DNA of 64,000 bases from an uncultured virus (IMG/VR IMGVR_UViG_3300023257_000017) (Duplodnaviria; Heunggongvirae; Uroviricota; Caudoviricetes): IMG/VR virus record IMGVR_UViG_3300023257_000017; one strand, 5' to 3'. The translations under genes and the position numbers were made by a program. This document shows, piece after piece, positions 48,510 to 59,245 of the stretch; positions within the stretch are counted from its first letter, which is position 1; every line of letters begins with the position of its first letter. The notes beneath the pieces are model-generated. The model made no database searches and was not told the origin of the DNA. It saw nothing but the letters and a program-made list of their open reading frames with translations.

Positions 48510-51500
48510 TAATCAAACACCCCATCCTTACATATATCAACATTTTTCGCGCACGCTTTAAAGTGCCAATCTGGTGCCCATTGATACCATTCTCCTATAG
48601 TACAAGATAGGTCTGCCCACATCCACACGCTTACATTATTTTCTGCAGTAGCATTGTTGAATAATTCTACCCAGCTTACGTTCTGTAATATGTTGCCAGC
48701 AGATTTACTATTAGTTGTACTTAATGTTAAGTCTACACATCCTTTACTACCATTTAAATATCCTGAATAGTTAAATGGTCTAGACAAGTAATTGTAAGGC
48801 TCTACTGTCAATATTGGTTGCGTAGTAGTTTGTCCAAATGGTTGTACATTTTGTGACGAGACTGAAGATGGATAAAAGTCTATATAATCTAAATGAGGTG
48901 CTAAACTATCAGTCCATTTAGAGTAGAAATATTGAACATCGAATCCTAAACTCTTTCCACTATTATTGTTGTGTGCTGTGATAGTGTATGTTTTGTTGCC
49001 GCCTAGGTATCTAATATCTAAGTCTGTGAAATTTAATTCTGCACCTGAATAAGTCCAATCTAATTCGCAATCATTACAATCTTCTAATTTACTAGTATTC
49101 ATTGATATTGGATTAATATCTGATGATACTATACTATTATTAATAAGTACTATACCAGGTGTTACCGAATACATAGAAATCGCTAACTGTGAACCAGAAG
49201 ATGTGTCTAGACTACTTAGTATGTCTTCATCAAATGTTACTATCTGTGGTGAATTTGTAGAGTTAAGCTTATTCATATAAGAATAGTCTGTAGTGCCATT
49301 TCCGTTAAAGTCTATTGTAAGATTTTCTAATGTTCCTGGTATAATATCTAAATCTACTTCTATCACTGAAGCTTTTGTATTATTTGACCCGCAATCCATA
49401 GTTGCGTTCCATCTTAATTCATTTCCAGTTGAACCGAAAATATGTCTAGTACCAGACAATACTGTTTCCCAAGTGCTTCCATTATCGTTAGATATTTTAT
49501 AATCTATAGAACATCCGCTGTCTAGATATTCTCTTGCTGTTAAAGTAGTTGCTTTTATATCTGTCGGCGCAGTAAATATTAGGTCGCTAGTATAAGATGC
49601 AGTCGAATTATATGTATTATTTAATATATATTGTGTTCCCGCTCCAGATAAGTTTACATTATACATATATACAGTTGATGACCCACTTCCAGATGGTGCT
49701 GGACAATAGTAATTTTTGGTACAACGGGCATGCGCGCTAGCTACTGAATATCCTCCTATATCTATACCAGAAGACATAGCAGTTGTAGTCCCTTGTAAAA
49801 CATCATTTTTATAAACCTTAAACGAGTATAAACTAGACCCATAATCTTCATTTCTAACTAATGTAAACCATCCAGACGACGAGTCTGAATCAGACGAACT
49901 AGATGAGAGGCATGCATCATTTGAAGAAGAGGATGCTCCAGGTACAGTTTCATAAGATACTAAAGTATCATCATTAGATAGTATTAAATATCCTGCACTA
50001 CTAGCACTACCTACACCATAAAGAGATGAGGTATGTGTACAAGATGCTCCAGTAGAAATACTAGCATATAGTTTTATCTTCTTATACTGTTCTATATTAT
50101 ATAATGTAGTGGAGAATTTCTGAGTACTACTTGAACTTACCGCGCACCCATCAGAGGCTGTACATGTTCCAGATAGAGTCACAGCGTATGCAGAAGCTGA
50201 TATTTTATATCTTTTATTAGCAGTATCTAATTCTGATGTAGAAGAATAACTATATCCGGACCCGGTACTACTATCTACAAATGTAGTCTGACCTTCTTGC
50301 ATGAAATCATCTATAATAAGCCACAATGTTCCGTTTGTATTAGGTGAAGTAAGGTTAGTATCATTAATAAATGTCTCTTTAAATTCTAAATCATTTCCTA
50401 CATCTAAATCGTTCCCATATAAGTAAAACGAGTACGATTTAGGATTTTCTGGGAATGTTATAGTCCATCCTTCTTCTCCAGCAGTATCATAAAATATTGT
50501 AGCAGTAGTGTTTTCTACCCCGTCTACTGTAAATAAACTACTATTTATAGTGTTTCCTGATAATGTTCCTACAAATGTATAATTAGTTCCATCTTGGTAA
50601 AAATATGTTAGGTCTGATACTCCTACTCCAGCAGTTAAATTAAGTGCTGCGTAAGACAACACAGTTCTATTATCTAAGTAATATGATATTGAGCCATTCC
50701 CTGTTAAGTTTACTTGCGTTCCGTTAATCCATGTATTATGAGTATAGAATGTAGGATTTAATGTGAAATTAACTTCGCTCTGATTACAAGTATAACTAGA
50801 GCCATACTCAGGATGCACAACATCTATACATACTACTTCTCCGTTAGTTATTTTAGCAGTAACATTTATATTGCTTCCTATCTCTGCAGTAATATTCCTA
50901 GTATAGCCCTCTAATTCTATTGATATATTATAAATTGATACTTCGTTACTATACACAATTGTAGAGTTTGAATTATCTCCTTTACTCTGACCTATACAAC
51001 TAAATTTCCAATCGTCTCCTATTGTAGTGTTAGAATAAGGCATAGTATCTACGACTGATAGAATTCCAGTCTCTACTTCTGTAGAGTTATATCCTGAATG
51101 ATATAATACACTATCTTTAAACCACTGGAAGTGATAAGTTATATTTCCTGCTGTATGAGTTAATCCTTGACACTTACCTATTAAATTATCATGTGTAAAA
51201 GGTGATGTAGGTGTAATATATGCTGTTAAGTTATATACGTCCGTAATACTTATATTAAATGTATATGCTGGGTCGCTAGTTACATAGTCTTGATATGTTC
51301 CTGCTTCTGTTAAACAAGCTAAATACATCTGTGTGACTCCGTTTGATAAGTTCTTATAGTAATTACACTCTTGTACATATTTGTATGAGGAATTTCCACA
51401 ATCCATACTAGAGTTCATATCTGTATAGTTTGTAGCAACGCTATTAAATCTACATAATGATGGATGGTCTAATGTGAACGATATTTCAGGTGTGTAGTTC

Positions 51501-54500
51501 TGTGTAGGACCACAAAGAGTATGACCAGTAACTGTTCCTCCAGAGTTATTATACCACCCACAAACTTGCCCGTTGAAGCTTGTATGATTAATACTTCCTG
51601 TGTCATTAATTTGTATCAACTTAGCAGGTTGTAAATTAGTAACATTGAATGTCCAATTACCAGCATATGTTATGTTATAACCATCATCTGCAGCTACAAA
51701 CCAAGTAACTACTTCATCTTCTGCCCTATTTAATATATCTACGTATAACATTGAACCATTTGTAACATCGTTATCTTCTCCTATTAATGTCCCATTATCA
51801 AAATAATATGATACATTTACTGTGTGCAAATCATTATCTATTATGGTAACATTTAAAGTAGTGTTAAATAAGATATTATATGCATTGTTTTCAGGATAAA
51901 CTAATGTTATATCCGGTTCATGGTTTAAAACCGTAATGTTTCCGAATGCTTCATCTGAATATGTTCCTGTATATTCGTTTACTGCAATTAATCCACAAGT
52001 TATATTATCGTGTGTGCTAAATTCTCCGCTATACCAAACACTACTGATGTTAGGCTGCAATACATCGTTTACATACCATTTGTAATATACGTCTGTATAT
52101 ACTTTTTCTACAGTATAATTGCATGTTAAATCATCTAATTCATAAGCAGTGGTGGGATTTATTGTAATATTTATTTCTCCAAATGCATCTCCTAATAATC
52201 TTTCTTCTCCTAAGTCTAATGCAGTCATAGATGTAGCAGAATCTTTCGGTGTTCGATTAATACTCATATTACTAATATATAAATAAATTCCATAATATGA
52301 CATACTTGAAGGAACTGACCATGCATTGCCGCCGCCCCAATACCCTCTTTCTTTAATAGTGTTTCCAGTTAAATATTGTAAATCAAAATCAACGTGGTTA
52401 TTATATGAACAGGTTGCAGTTCCAGTAGAACTAGCAGTAGCATAATTCATCTGAACACCATCTATATAATCTGCGCAATTTGCAATTATTGTATCGCCAT
52501 TTCCGTTTCTTGAAGATGTCATATATGCTAACTCTTCTATAAGAAACTCTTCTTGTTCTCCTGTAAAATTCCATGTAGCAAAAAATTCCGCGGCTGCTGT
52601 AGACGCATAATACCCAGATAAATGCATAGATAATGCATACTTATTATAATCTACTGTACTGGAAGGTATTATTGCTTCAGTATTATTTAACTTAGTTGTT
52701 GCATTTGTATAATCGTCATAAAATGTTGCTGATAATACAGCTGACTTAGATTCGTTAAATGTTGTCCCATTCTTACCTATTACCCATATGCCAGATGAAG
52801 GATTTAAAACATGTACTCCATAACTACCATTAGCCACAGTAACATTATCCGCATATATTGTTAAATAATATGTGTACGCCTGTCCTGATAAATCTTTCCA
52901 AGGTTCGTAAGTTATATTAACTAAACTATCGTTAGATGTGTCGCTCCAATATTCTCCATCGTAAGCTGCAAAATTACATAACACTTCTCCGTAAAAAGCT
53001 TCGTTACCACTGATGTTAGCAATACCTGTAGTATTATCTATATCTACTACTATGTATGGTTGGTCGCAAGTATAATTAAACCCTTCTATTGTATTTTCTG
53101 CATCTTTAAAATAATTGAATAAGTTTATACTATCATTATATCCATCGAATGATATAGTTATATTAGGTATAGTTGCGTTATTATATGGTGCGTCATTTAT
53201 ACTAATAACTTCTACATTTACAGTATCTACTTCTGATACATTGTATCCATCTGTCGCAACAATATCTATAGTAGAATTTCCATACCAATCTTGCGCAGGA
53301 TATACATTAATCTGTGAAGTCTTTAATAATTCTATACTATATATTTTGGTTTCATCTGTATCAGATGTATCAACTGTTTCGTAAAATATATGTTCGCCTC
53401 CTTCTCCTGATACTTTCTGACATGCTATTAAAGTATAATATTGGTTGGATAGCACTCCTACAAATGAATTATATATATATAGATTATATTGACTCGTATC
53501 ATTTCTACATAAAGCTGGAACTTCTTCTGTGGTAATTATTCCGTCTCCTGCCTTAAATGTTATAGTGTCATAGTCAGCAGAAACATATTTACGAAAAAAA
53601 TACCAAGCTGTGCTCACATTTGATACTAATTCGGAATACGTTGAATAATTTGAATCATATCCTTCTGTAACATTATGTCCCACTACAAAGTTGGCATCCG
53701 GAGAACTATCTTTGTAATAAAACCCATCTTGATTATCCATGAAATTATAAGAATTGTTTTCTGTATCACAATCTACTTCTGAAGTATTTGATGGCGTACA
53801 AGTATATGAGTGCGAATCTTCTACATCGATATCGAATGTATAATTAGTCATTCTTGCTGAATAATTAGTATCCTCAATAGTAGTTATGTTAGTCAAGCTT
53901 AAATTTAATACAGGGATAAAATTACTTATTTCTAATGCTGTGCTATTAAACCACCCATAAGATGAATTATATTCTCCGTTATTAGGTAATACGCTACAAG
54001 TTATATTGTCAAAATGTATAAAATTACTGGATGATAAAGTTGGAAATGTAATGTTATCATATCTTCCACTATCTACTATTCCTGTATCATTATACCATCT
54101 GTAATATGATTCGTCTACTCCAGTAGTTTCTCCTGTTAATGTCCAATTACAAGTTAAAGTATCATTTGTATAAGAGACTAAAGGATAAATTATTGGCGAA
54201 GCATTTATATCATCATTTATTTGTGTTACCTCAATCCAGAATGTTCTGTTCTCTCCAAAACTAGTAGAATCATTAATTCCTATAGTACATGATGCATTTC
54301 CGTAATAATTGTCTGCCGGAGTTATATTTATTGAATAATTATTAAATATTTCGCAATCAACTTCTGAAGTATTCTCATCTTGCACTGAAAAATAAATAGT
54401 GTCTCCATCTAAGTCTGTTACGTAATCAGATAAGTTAGTAAGATATGTAGTAGTACCTGAATCTTCAACAATCGTAGTATTTGAAATATTATAATCCCAA

Positions 54501-57346
54501 GTTGGCGGATTACTTATAATACTTAAATTTCTTGTTTCTGAATTTGTCATAGCTTTTGAATCTGTACAATTGATATACCATTCATAGCTTCCTATTATAA
54601 AATCTAAAACAGTGAAATTGTCTAAAGTATTATTATTAGTTGTTTGTGTTTGGTTTAATGTGCCATTGATAACAAGACTACACTCAGCAGATATATCATC
54701 TTCATCATATAGACTATAATTAAAATCGACTGAATTACCATAATACTTGCTAGAATCTTCTTCCGGTTCATATAAAGTTATATTTGGAGCAGAATAAAGT
54801 GTTACATTAACAATAGCTGAACAATTCCCTGTGATAGGTTCATTTCCACTTGCATCAATACAACTTATACAAATATAATTTTTACCATAAGCTAAATCAT
54901 CATAAAGAGTATAAGATTGAGATACAGTTTCTGTTGTTGCATATTTGTAGTTTTCATTAGCCGCTACATTCTCAGTATAATTACCCATAACATTAACTCT
55001 TGCTGAGCAATTTCCTGCTTCATCCAAAGAGTGTGTATAGGATAATAAATTACTTGATACATTTGCCATTCCACTCAAGTTCCAAATTTGAGTGTTCTCT
55101 CCATAATTATTACCACTAGTTATATTATAGTTAGATGGTACTGGTCCGTTTATATCTGATTCTCCACCTATTGGTTCTAATAACATATTTGCATTCTGTG
55201 AGTTGTTGTATATTGCCGAGATTTCTGTTTGGGTTAATGCTCTATTCCATATTTTAACGTTATCAAGAGAACCATCATAATCTCTTGCTGTGTTAGTTCC
55301 ATATCTTGTTTTGAAATTAGTTGTATCGTAGTTTGCCCCTGCATCTTGAGCATGTATTTCGATTAATGTACCATTTAAATAAATAGAACCTTCCGAACCT
55401 GTCCCGTTTCTTACCATACAATAATTTGCCCATTCGCCAACTTTCATCGGTGCTTCTGCTTTGTTTGCTCCATAGTTATTTCCACCAAAATTTGCTTCTA
55501 TTGTGGTTCCCCAAGTCATAAGTCCTACTTGATAATATGGCGATGATTCATCTCTAATGTAAATAATACCTTGAACATCTGTACTTGCAATTTTTATGTC
55601 TGCACATAATGTAAAGTCAGTTCCAAGTGTTGATGCTCCAATCCCAAAATCTATTAAATCGTCTTCTGAATTTTCTAAATCAACTGCGCCACCAATTACT
55701 CCATTGGCAATAAAATCTACACCTGTCATTGTTGCGTTACTTCCACCGGAAGATGAATCTCTACCTACTTCTCCTGTTACATGTAATAATAAATTATCAG
55801 GCGCAATATCTTCATATTGTGTTCCTGCTGCCAAAGCAGTAATTTGTGTCTGTGTTAAATAAATGTCATTATAAACTCTAATATCATCAAGCTTACCATT
55901 AAATCCTGCAACAGCAGAATGTGGATTTCCTAATGAATCTAAATCAAAGTTACCATCAAAAGTTCCACTCTCAGCATTTAATAAAATTGCATTTTCATAT
56001 ATCAATAAATATGTTGTATTCCAATACCAAGTATAATGAATCCAGCTACCTGAAGCTTGTGTATAAATTGCACCAGTATAAGCATTATTATTAGAATCTC
56101 TAACCTGAAGGTTACCATCAGCCTTCATATAAATATAATTTGCGCTAGTACTATATTCTCCTAACACCATAGCATTCTGCCCTGCATCCAAATAAAGCCA
56201 ATGTGAAATAGCCCAAGGAGTATCAGCATGTAAATTTATTGGGGTTATTCTTAAATCATCATCATTAAAATCATATGCGCTACCTATCTTTCCTGGGACA
56301 GAAGGAATTGCAGAAGAAAATGTATAATCTATACTACTCATATCCCCAAAATGATAAACCAATTCTGCATCATCCGAATAAGCACTTGTTGTTTGATAAC
56401 CAGTACCTAATTCTTCAACCTCGTAAGGGACAGTTACATTATTACTATCTACAACTCTGATATCGGAACAGGTGTTGTATTGGAGTTCGTATTGTTCAGT
56501 TATCGCTTGTTGTGGGATATTGTATCCATCCCAAATGTATAAACTATCTATACCAGTACCACCCTCAACAGTGTCCCAAACAGTTAATTCTAAAATCTGG
56601 GTTGTTTTAACATTTCTGAAACCGATTGCTGATTGACAAACTAAAGGAGTGTCAGGTTTATTAGAAAAGTCTGAACAATCTCCGCCAGCATCATATAAAC
56701 AATATGAAATAGTATCTGCTGTTTCTGAAACATGTGCTACAAACCAAGTACCACTAGTAGCGGTTCCACCTGATATTGGGTGGAAAGAACCATCATAGCA
56801 TTGGGCAAATGTGGTGTTACCAACACAATTAAAAGAATTATAAACATCATTAAAACCTGAACCCATTTCATGCCCATACATTCCCCAATCTGATACACTA
56901 CCAGAAGCTTTATTTTCAGGGTCTATTGAGCAGAAAGCAATACCATAAGTAGAACTTGTGACATTTCCAATAGAAATAGGAACGTAAGCACTATCTGCTC
57001 CAGCACCATATCTCATTTCACCATCTGTGATATTATTATTATTTGCTCCATCTCCTTCAACCCAAGTATCTCCTGAATCTCCTTTATGCCCTGCTATATC
57101 TGTAGTATCGCCCGTAAAAGTATCTACAAGTAAATAATCTCCTAATGTTGTTGATGGGACTGTATCTATACTTGTCCAAACACTATACCCACAATCACTC
57201 CATTGACTTGTTCCATTCAAAGCTAAAGCTAAATTTACTGAAGGGATTGATGTGATGTTGTAAGATGAACTATATGGTGCTCCTGCATTAACAGAAATAC
57301 TACACATACATAATAACATAATTAAAAATAATATTAGCTTGTTCAT
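48509..57346 (-). CDS. giant secreted LamG/Ig-like repeat glycoprotein (adhesin or tail-fibre-like)
   Basis: Signal peptide MNKLILFLIMLLCMCSISVNA; two LamG domains (FNGKLDDIRVYN, YDGSLDNVKIWNRAL); cadherin/Ig-like repeats (INDAP, PAQDWYG); dozens of N-x-S/T sequons. Confidence 0.85.
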   Translation of the reverse strand: MNKLILFLIMLLCMCSISVNAGAPYSSSYNITSIPSVNLALALNGTSQWSDCGYSVWTSIDTVPSTTLGDYLLVDTFTGDTTDIAGHKGDSGDTWVEGDGANNNNITDGEMRYGAGADSAYVPISIGNVTSSTYGIAFCSIDPENKASGSVSDWGMYGHEMGSGFNDVYNSFNCVGNTTFAQCYDGSFHPISGGTATSGTWFVAHVSETADTISYCLYDAGGDCSDFSNKPDTPLVCQSAIGFRNVKTTQILELTVWDTVEGGTGIDSLYIWDGYNIPQQAITEQYELQYNTCSDIRVVDSNNVTVPYEVEELGTGYQTTSAYSDDAELVYHFGDMSSIDYTFSSAIPSVPGKIGSAYDFNDDDLRITPINLHADTPWAISHWLYLDAGQNAMVLGEYSTSANYIYMKADGNLQVRDSNNNAYTGAIYTQASGSWIHYTWYWNTTYLLIYENAILLNAESGTFDGNFDLDSLGNPHSAVAGFNGKLDDIRVYNDIYLTQTQITALAAGTQYEDIAPDNLLLHVTGEVGRDSSSGGSNATMTGVDFIANGVIGGAVDLENSEDDLIDFGIGASTLGTDFTLCADIKIASTDVQGIIYIRDESSPYYQVGLMTWGTTIEANFGGNNYGANKAEAPMKVGEWANYCMVRNGTGSEGSIYLNGTLIEIHAQDAGANYDTTNFKTRYGTNTARDYDGSLDNVKIWNRALTQTEISAIYNNSQNANMLLEPIGGESDINGPVPSNYNITSGNNYGENTQIWNLSGMANVSSNLLSYTHSLDEAGNCSARVNVMGNYTENVAANENYKYATTETVSQSYTLYDDLAYGKNYICISCIDASGNEPITGNCSAIVNVTLYSAPNITLYEPEEDSSKYYGNSVDFNYSLYDEDDISAECSLVINGTLNQTQTTNNNTLDNFTVLDFIIGSYEWYINCTDSKAMTNSETRNLSIISNPPTWDYNISNTTIVEDSGTTTYLTNLSDYVTDLDGDTIYFSVQDENTSEVDCEIFNNYSINITPADNYYGNASCTIGINDSTSFGENRTFWIEVTQINDDINASPIIYPLVSYTNDTLTCNWTLTGETTGVDESYYRWYNDTGIVDSGRYDNITFPTLSSSNFIHFDNITCSVLPNNGEYNSSYGWFNSTALEISNFIPVLNLSLTNITTIEDTNYSARMTNYTFDIDVEDSHSYTCTPSNTSEVDCDTENNSYNFMDNQDGFYYKDSSPDANFVVGHNVTEGYDSNYSTYSELVSNVSTAWYFFRKYVSADYDTITFKAGDGIITTEEVPALCRNDTSQYNLYIYNSFVGVLSNQYYTLIACQKVSGEGGEHIFYETVDTSDTDETKIYSIELLKTSQINVYPAQDWYGNSTIDIVATDGYNVSEVDTVNVEVISINDAPYNNATIPNITISFDGYNDSINLFNYFKDAENTIEGFNYTCDQPYIVVDIDNTTGIANISGNEAFYGEVLCNFAAYDGEYWSDTSNDSLVNITYEPWKDLSGQAYTYYLTIYADNVTVANGSYGVHVLNPSSGIWVIGKNGTTFNESKSAVLSATFYDDYTNATTKLNNTEAIIPSSTVDYNKYALSMHLSGYYASTAAAEFFATWNFTGEQEEFLIEELAYMTSSRNGNGDTIIANCADYIDGVQMNYATASSTGTATCSYNNHVDFDLQYLTGNTIKERGYWGGGNAWSVPSSMSYYGIYLYISNMSINRTPKDSATSMTALDLGEERLLGDAFGEINITINPTTAYELDDLTCNYTVEKVYTDVYYKWYVNDVLQPNISSVWYSGEFSTHDNITCGLIAVNEYTGTYSDEAFGNITVLNHEPDITLVYPENNAYNILFNTTLNVTIIDNDLHTVNVSYYFDNGTLIGEDNDVTNGSMLYVDILNRAEDEVVTWFVAADDGYNITYAGNWTFNVTNLQPAKLIQINDTGSINHTSFNGQVCGWYNNSGGTVTGHTLCGPTQNYTPEISFTLDHPSLCRFNSVATNYTDMNSSMDCGNSSYKYVQECNYYKNLSNGVTQMYLACLTEAGTYQDYVTSDPAYTFNISITDVYNLTAYITPTSPFTHDNLIGKCQGLTHTAGNITYHFQWFKDSVLYHSGYNSTEVETGILSVVDTMPYSNTTIGDDWKFSCIGQSKGDNSNSTIVYSNEVSIYNISIELEGYTRNITAEIGSNINVTAKITNGEVVCIDVVHPEYGSSYTCNQSEVNFTLNPTFYTHNTWINGTQVNLTGNGSISYYLDNRTVLSYAALNLTAGVGVSDLTYFYQDGTNYTFVGTLSGNTINSSLFTVDGVENTTATIFYDTAGEEGWTITFPENPKSYSFYLYGNDLDVGNDLEFKETFINDTNLTSPNTNGTLWLIIDDFMQEGQTTFVDSSTGSGYSYSSTSELDTANKRYKISASAYAVTLSGTCTASDGCAVSSSSTQKFSTTLYNIEQYKKIKLYASISTGASCTHTSSLYGVGSASSAGYLILSNDDTLVSYETVPGASSSSNDACLSSSSSDSDSSSGWFTLVRNEDYGSSLYSFKVYKNDVLQGTTTAMSSGIDIGGYSVASAHARCTKNYYCPAPSGSGSSTVYMYNVNLSGAGTQYILNNTYNSTASYTSDLIFTAPTDIKATTLTAREYLDSGCSIDYKISNDNGSTWETVLSGTRHIFGSTGNELRWNATMDCGSNNTKASVIEVDLDIIPGTLENLTIDFNGNGTTDYSYMNKLNSTNSPQIVTFDEDILSSLDTSSGSQLAISMYSVTPGIVLINNSIVSSDINPISMNTSKLEDCNDCELDWTYSGAELNFTDLDIRYLGGNKTYTITAHNNNSGKSLGFDVQYFYSKWTDSLAPHLDYIDFYPSSVSSQNVQPFGQTTTQPILTVEPYNYLSRPFNYSGYLNGSKGCVDLTLSTTNSKSAGNILQNVSWVELFNNATAENNVSVWMWADLSCTIGEWYQWAPDWHFKACAKNVDICKDGVFD

Positions 57347-57825
57347 TTGGGAACCACCACAATGTCATCAATTTTAACTGGCTCTTTCAGTAATTCTATT
57401 TTTTCACAAACTCCTTTTGAAATTTCATATAATCGCATTGGATATTCTGCCCAATTTCTGTCGCCTATATCATATTTGCATCTATACAAATATAATTCTT
57501 CCTTATTAACATTCTGCCAAGGTGAAATATACTTTATCTTATCGTGAGTTTCAATACCAACTTTCTTACCATCATAATATTCAGTATCATAATCATCTAA
57601 AGTTTTTATAGTTTCATTCCAAGTATCACTCCAAGTATTATTCTTTTTGCTATAAACTGGCTTATGTGCTATTATCTTATTAGAATAGACTGGAACTTTC
57701 TTACTTAAATTTTCATAAATAGTTGTATAGACTGCTTTAAAAGTTCCTGATGCTGGTTGATCTATAGATACTACTATAAATGAAGAAATAATTACAATAA
57801 TAATAAAAATAAGTTTAGCATTCAT
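57343..57825 (-). CDS. secreted or membrane-anchored protein
   Basis: N-terminal signal/TM segment; NLS, NNT and NET sequons. Confidence 0.7.
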   Translation of the reverse strand: MNAKLIFIIIVIISSFIVVSIDQPASGTFKAVYTTIYENLSKKVPVYSNKIIAHKPVYSKKNNTWSDTWNETIKTLDDYDTEYYDGKKVGIETHDKIKYISPWQNVNKEELYLYRCKYDIGDRNWAEYPMRLYEISKGVCEKIELLKEPVKIDDIVVVPK

Positions 57826-58301
57826 TTAATATCACCAATATTCCAATTAATAGTGCTTTCTGCATCTTTATATATCTCATATTTTAAATCGTAACATTTG
57901 TCCTTTCTGAACGCATAACTATATTTAGCTTCTATTCCAAACTTACACCAATAGCATCCACAATAACTCCCAGCACATCCTCTATCTAAAGGTATATTCC
58001 TCCAGCCTTTTCCCCAACTTCTATATAATTTTAAACTATTAATACTGTCAGATGGTCGTGCATTAATAAGTTCAGAACCATTCATAGGATATAAAAACAC
58101 ATCATCATTAAAACAAACATCATTAAGTATTAACTCACAAGGCATATTTCCACCACAAACTTCTGTAGCTGTATAATTGCCAACAGTAATAACACCAGAA
58201 CTCATCAAAAACATTATAAAAACTATTGCTAAAGGAGTTCCTACTATTCCACTTGCTATTGCAAATCTTTTCAATGTTTCAGGTTTAATTCTTTTTGACA
58301 T
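57822..58301 (-). CDS. membrane-anchored Cys-rich protein
   Basis: N-terminal TM; several Cys; LYRSWGKGWR. Confidence 0.7.
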   Translation of the reverse strand: MSKRIKPETLKRFAIASGIVGTPLAIVFIMFLMSSGVITVGNYTATEVCGGNMPCELILNDVCFNDDVFLYPMNGSELINARPSDSINSLKLYRSWGKGWRNIPLDRGCAGSYCGCYWCKFGIEAKYSYAFRKDKCYDLKYEIYKDAESTINWNIGDIK

Positions 58302-58739
58302 CTATATCACCATAAAATACGGGGAATAATTATAATATGATATTTTACCTTCTTGTGGCTCTAAATAGCTAAATGTTAATCCACCAACTTTATTTTTATA
58401 TATACACCAATTCATAGCATGTAATCCTTTTTTAGTTTTAACATGACAAATACCAATTGCCAAAGTAGGAAATATATTTTTTATCAATGCGTAAAACTCA
58501 TAAGCAAATTTATTACAATCATGCTCTGTAGAATATTTCTGCTTTCTAATAGGTATTAATTTGACCAAAACCTTTAGTTTTTCTAAGTCACAAGTTGTAT
58601 ATTTATTGTCAAGCCTTTCACTGTATTTTGATGCCTTATCTAGATATTTAGCAATTATATAATTAGAAACAGGAGTGCTTTCTATCTCCTTTCTCATACT
58701 TAACCAAAATAACTTCAGATAGTTTAATATTTTTACCAT
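58302..58739 (-). CDS. transglutaminase-like cysteine protease candidate
   Basis: HDCNKFA ... LHAMNW ... YLEPQ (Cys-His-Glu pattern). Confidence 0.6.
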   Translation of the reverse strand: MVKILNYLKLFWLSMRKEIESTPVSNYIIAKYLDKASKYSERLDNKYTTCDLEKLKVLVKLIPIRKQKYSTEHDCNKFAYEFYALIKNIFPTLAIGICHVKTKKGLHAMNWCIYKNKVGGLTFSYLEPQEGKISYYNYSPYFMVI

Positions 58740-58839
58740 TAATATCTTCTCTTCTTCTTTCTAAACAACTTAACCTTTATTAATTTTGTCATATATGTAT
58801 TCTCGTAAGCTTCAATTATCCATTCAAATATTTCTTTTA

Positions 58840-59244
58840 TCATATTTGCTTGTGTAAAAAAACACAGTTATATTTCTTTACATCTGTATGGTTGTTATTA
58901 TGCTCTATGTCTTCATTTAATTCGCTTAATATATAATTACCACTATACTTACCAATGTCAAAAGGATGCTCTGATTGGTCCCTTAATGCAACTAATCTAG
59001 TTTCTTCTTGTGTTAAAGTTAATCCTGCATTTATGTAAGACTTTTTAGTGCCAAACAAATAAATCTCAATCTGAAGATCACTGTCTGTTAATGTAGGTCC
59101 AAATGTTGAACTAATTACTAATTGTGAACCTATTCTGCTCTTAACAGTTGCAGGGTGTTTTGTTATGCCAGTAACACGAAACTCGAACTGAATCTCATTA
59201 GCTTCGCCTGTTGCAAATATTCCTACTTCTTTCCAATCCGTCAT
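58840..59244 (-). CDS. putative distal tail protein
   Basis: Directly downstream of TMP; ~130 aa, beta-rich. Confidence 0.5.
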   Translation of the reverse strand: MTDWKEVGIFATGEANEIQFEFRVTGITKHPATVKSRIGSQLVISSTFGPTLTDSDLQIEIYLFGTKKSYINAGLTLTQEETRLVALRDQSEHPFDIGKYSGNYILSELNEDIEHNNNHTDVKKYNCVFLHKQI

Positions 59245-59245
59245 A

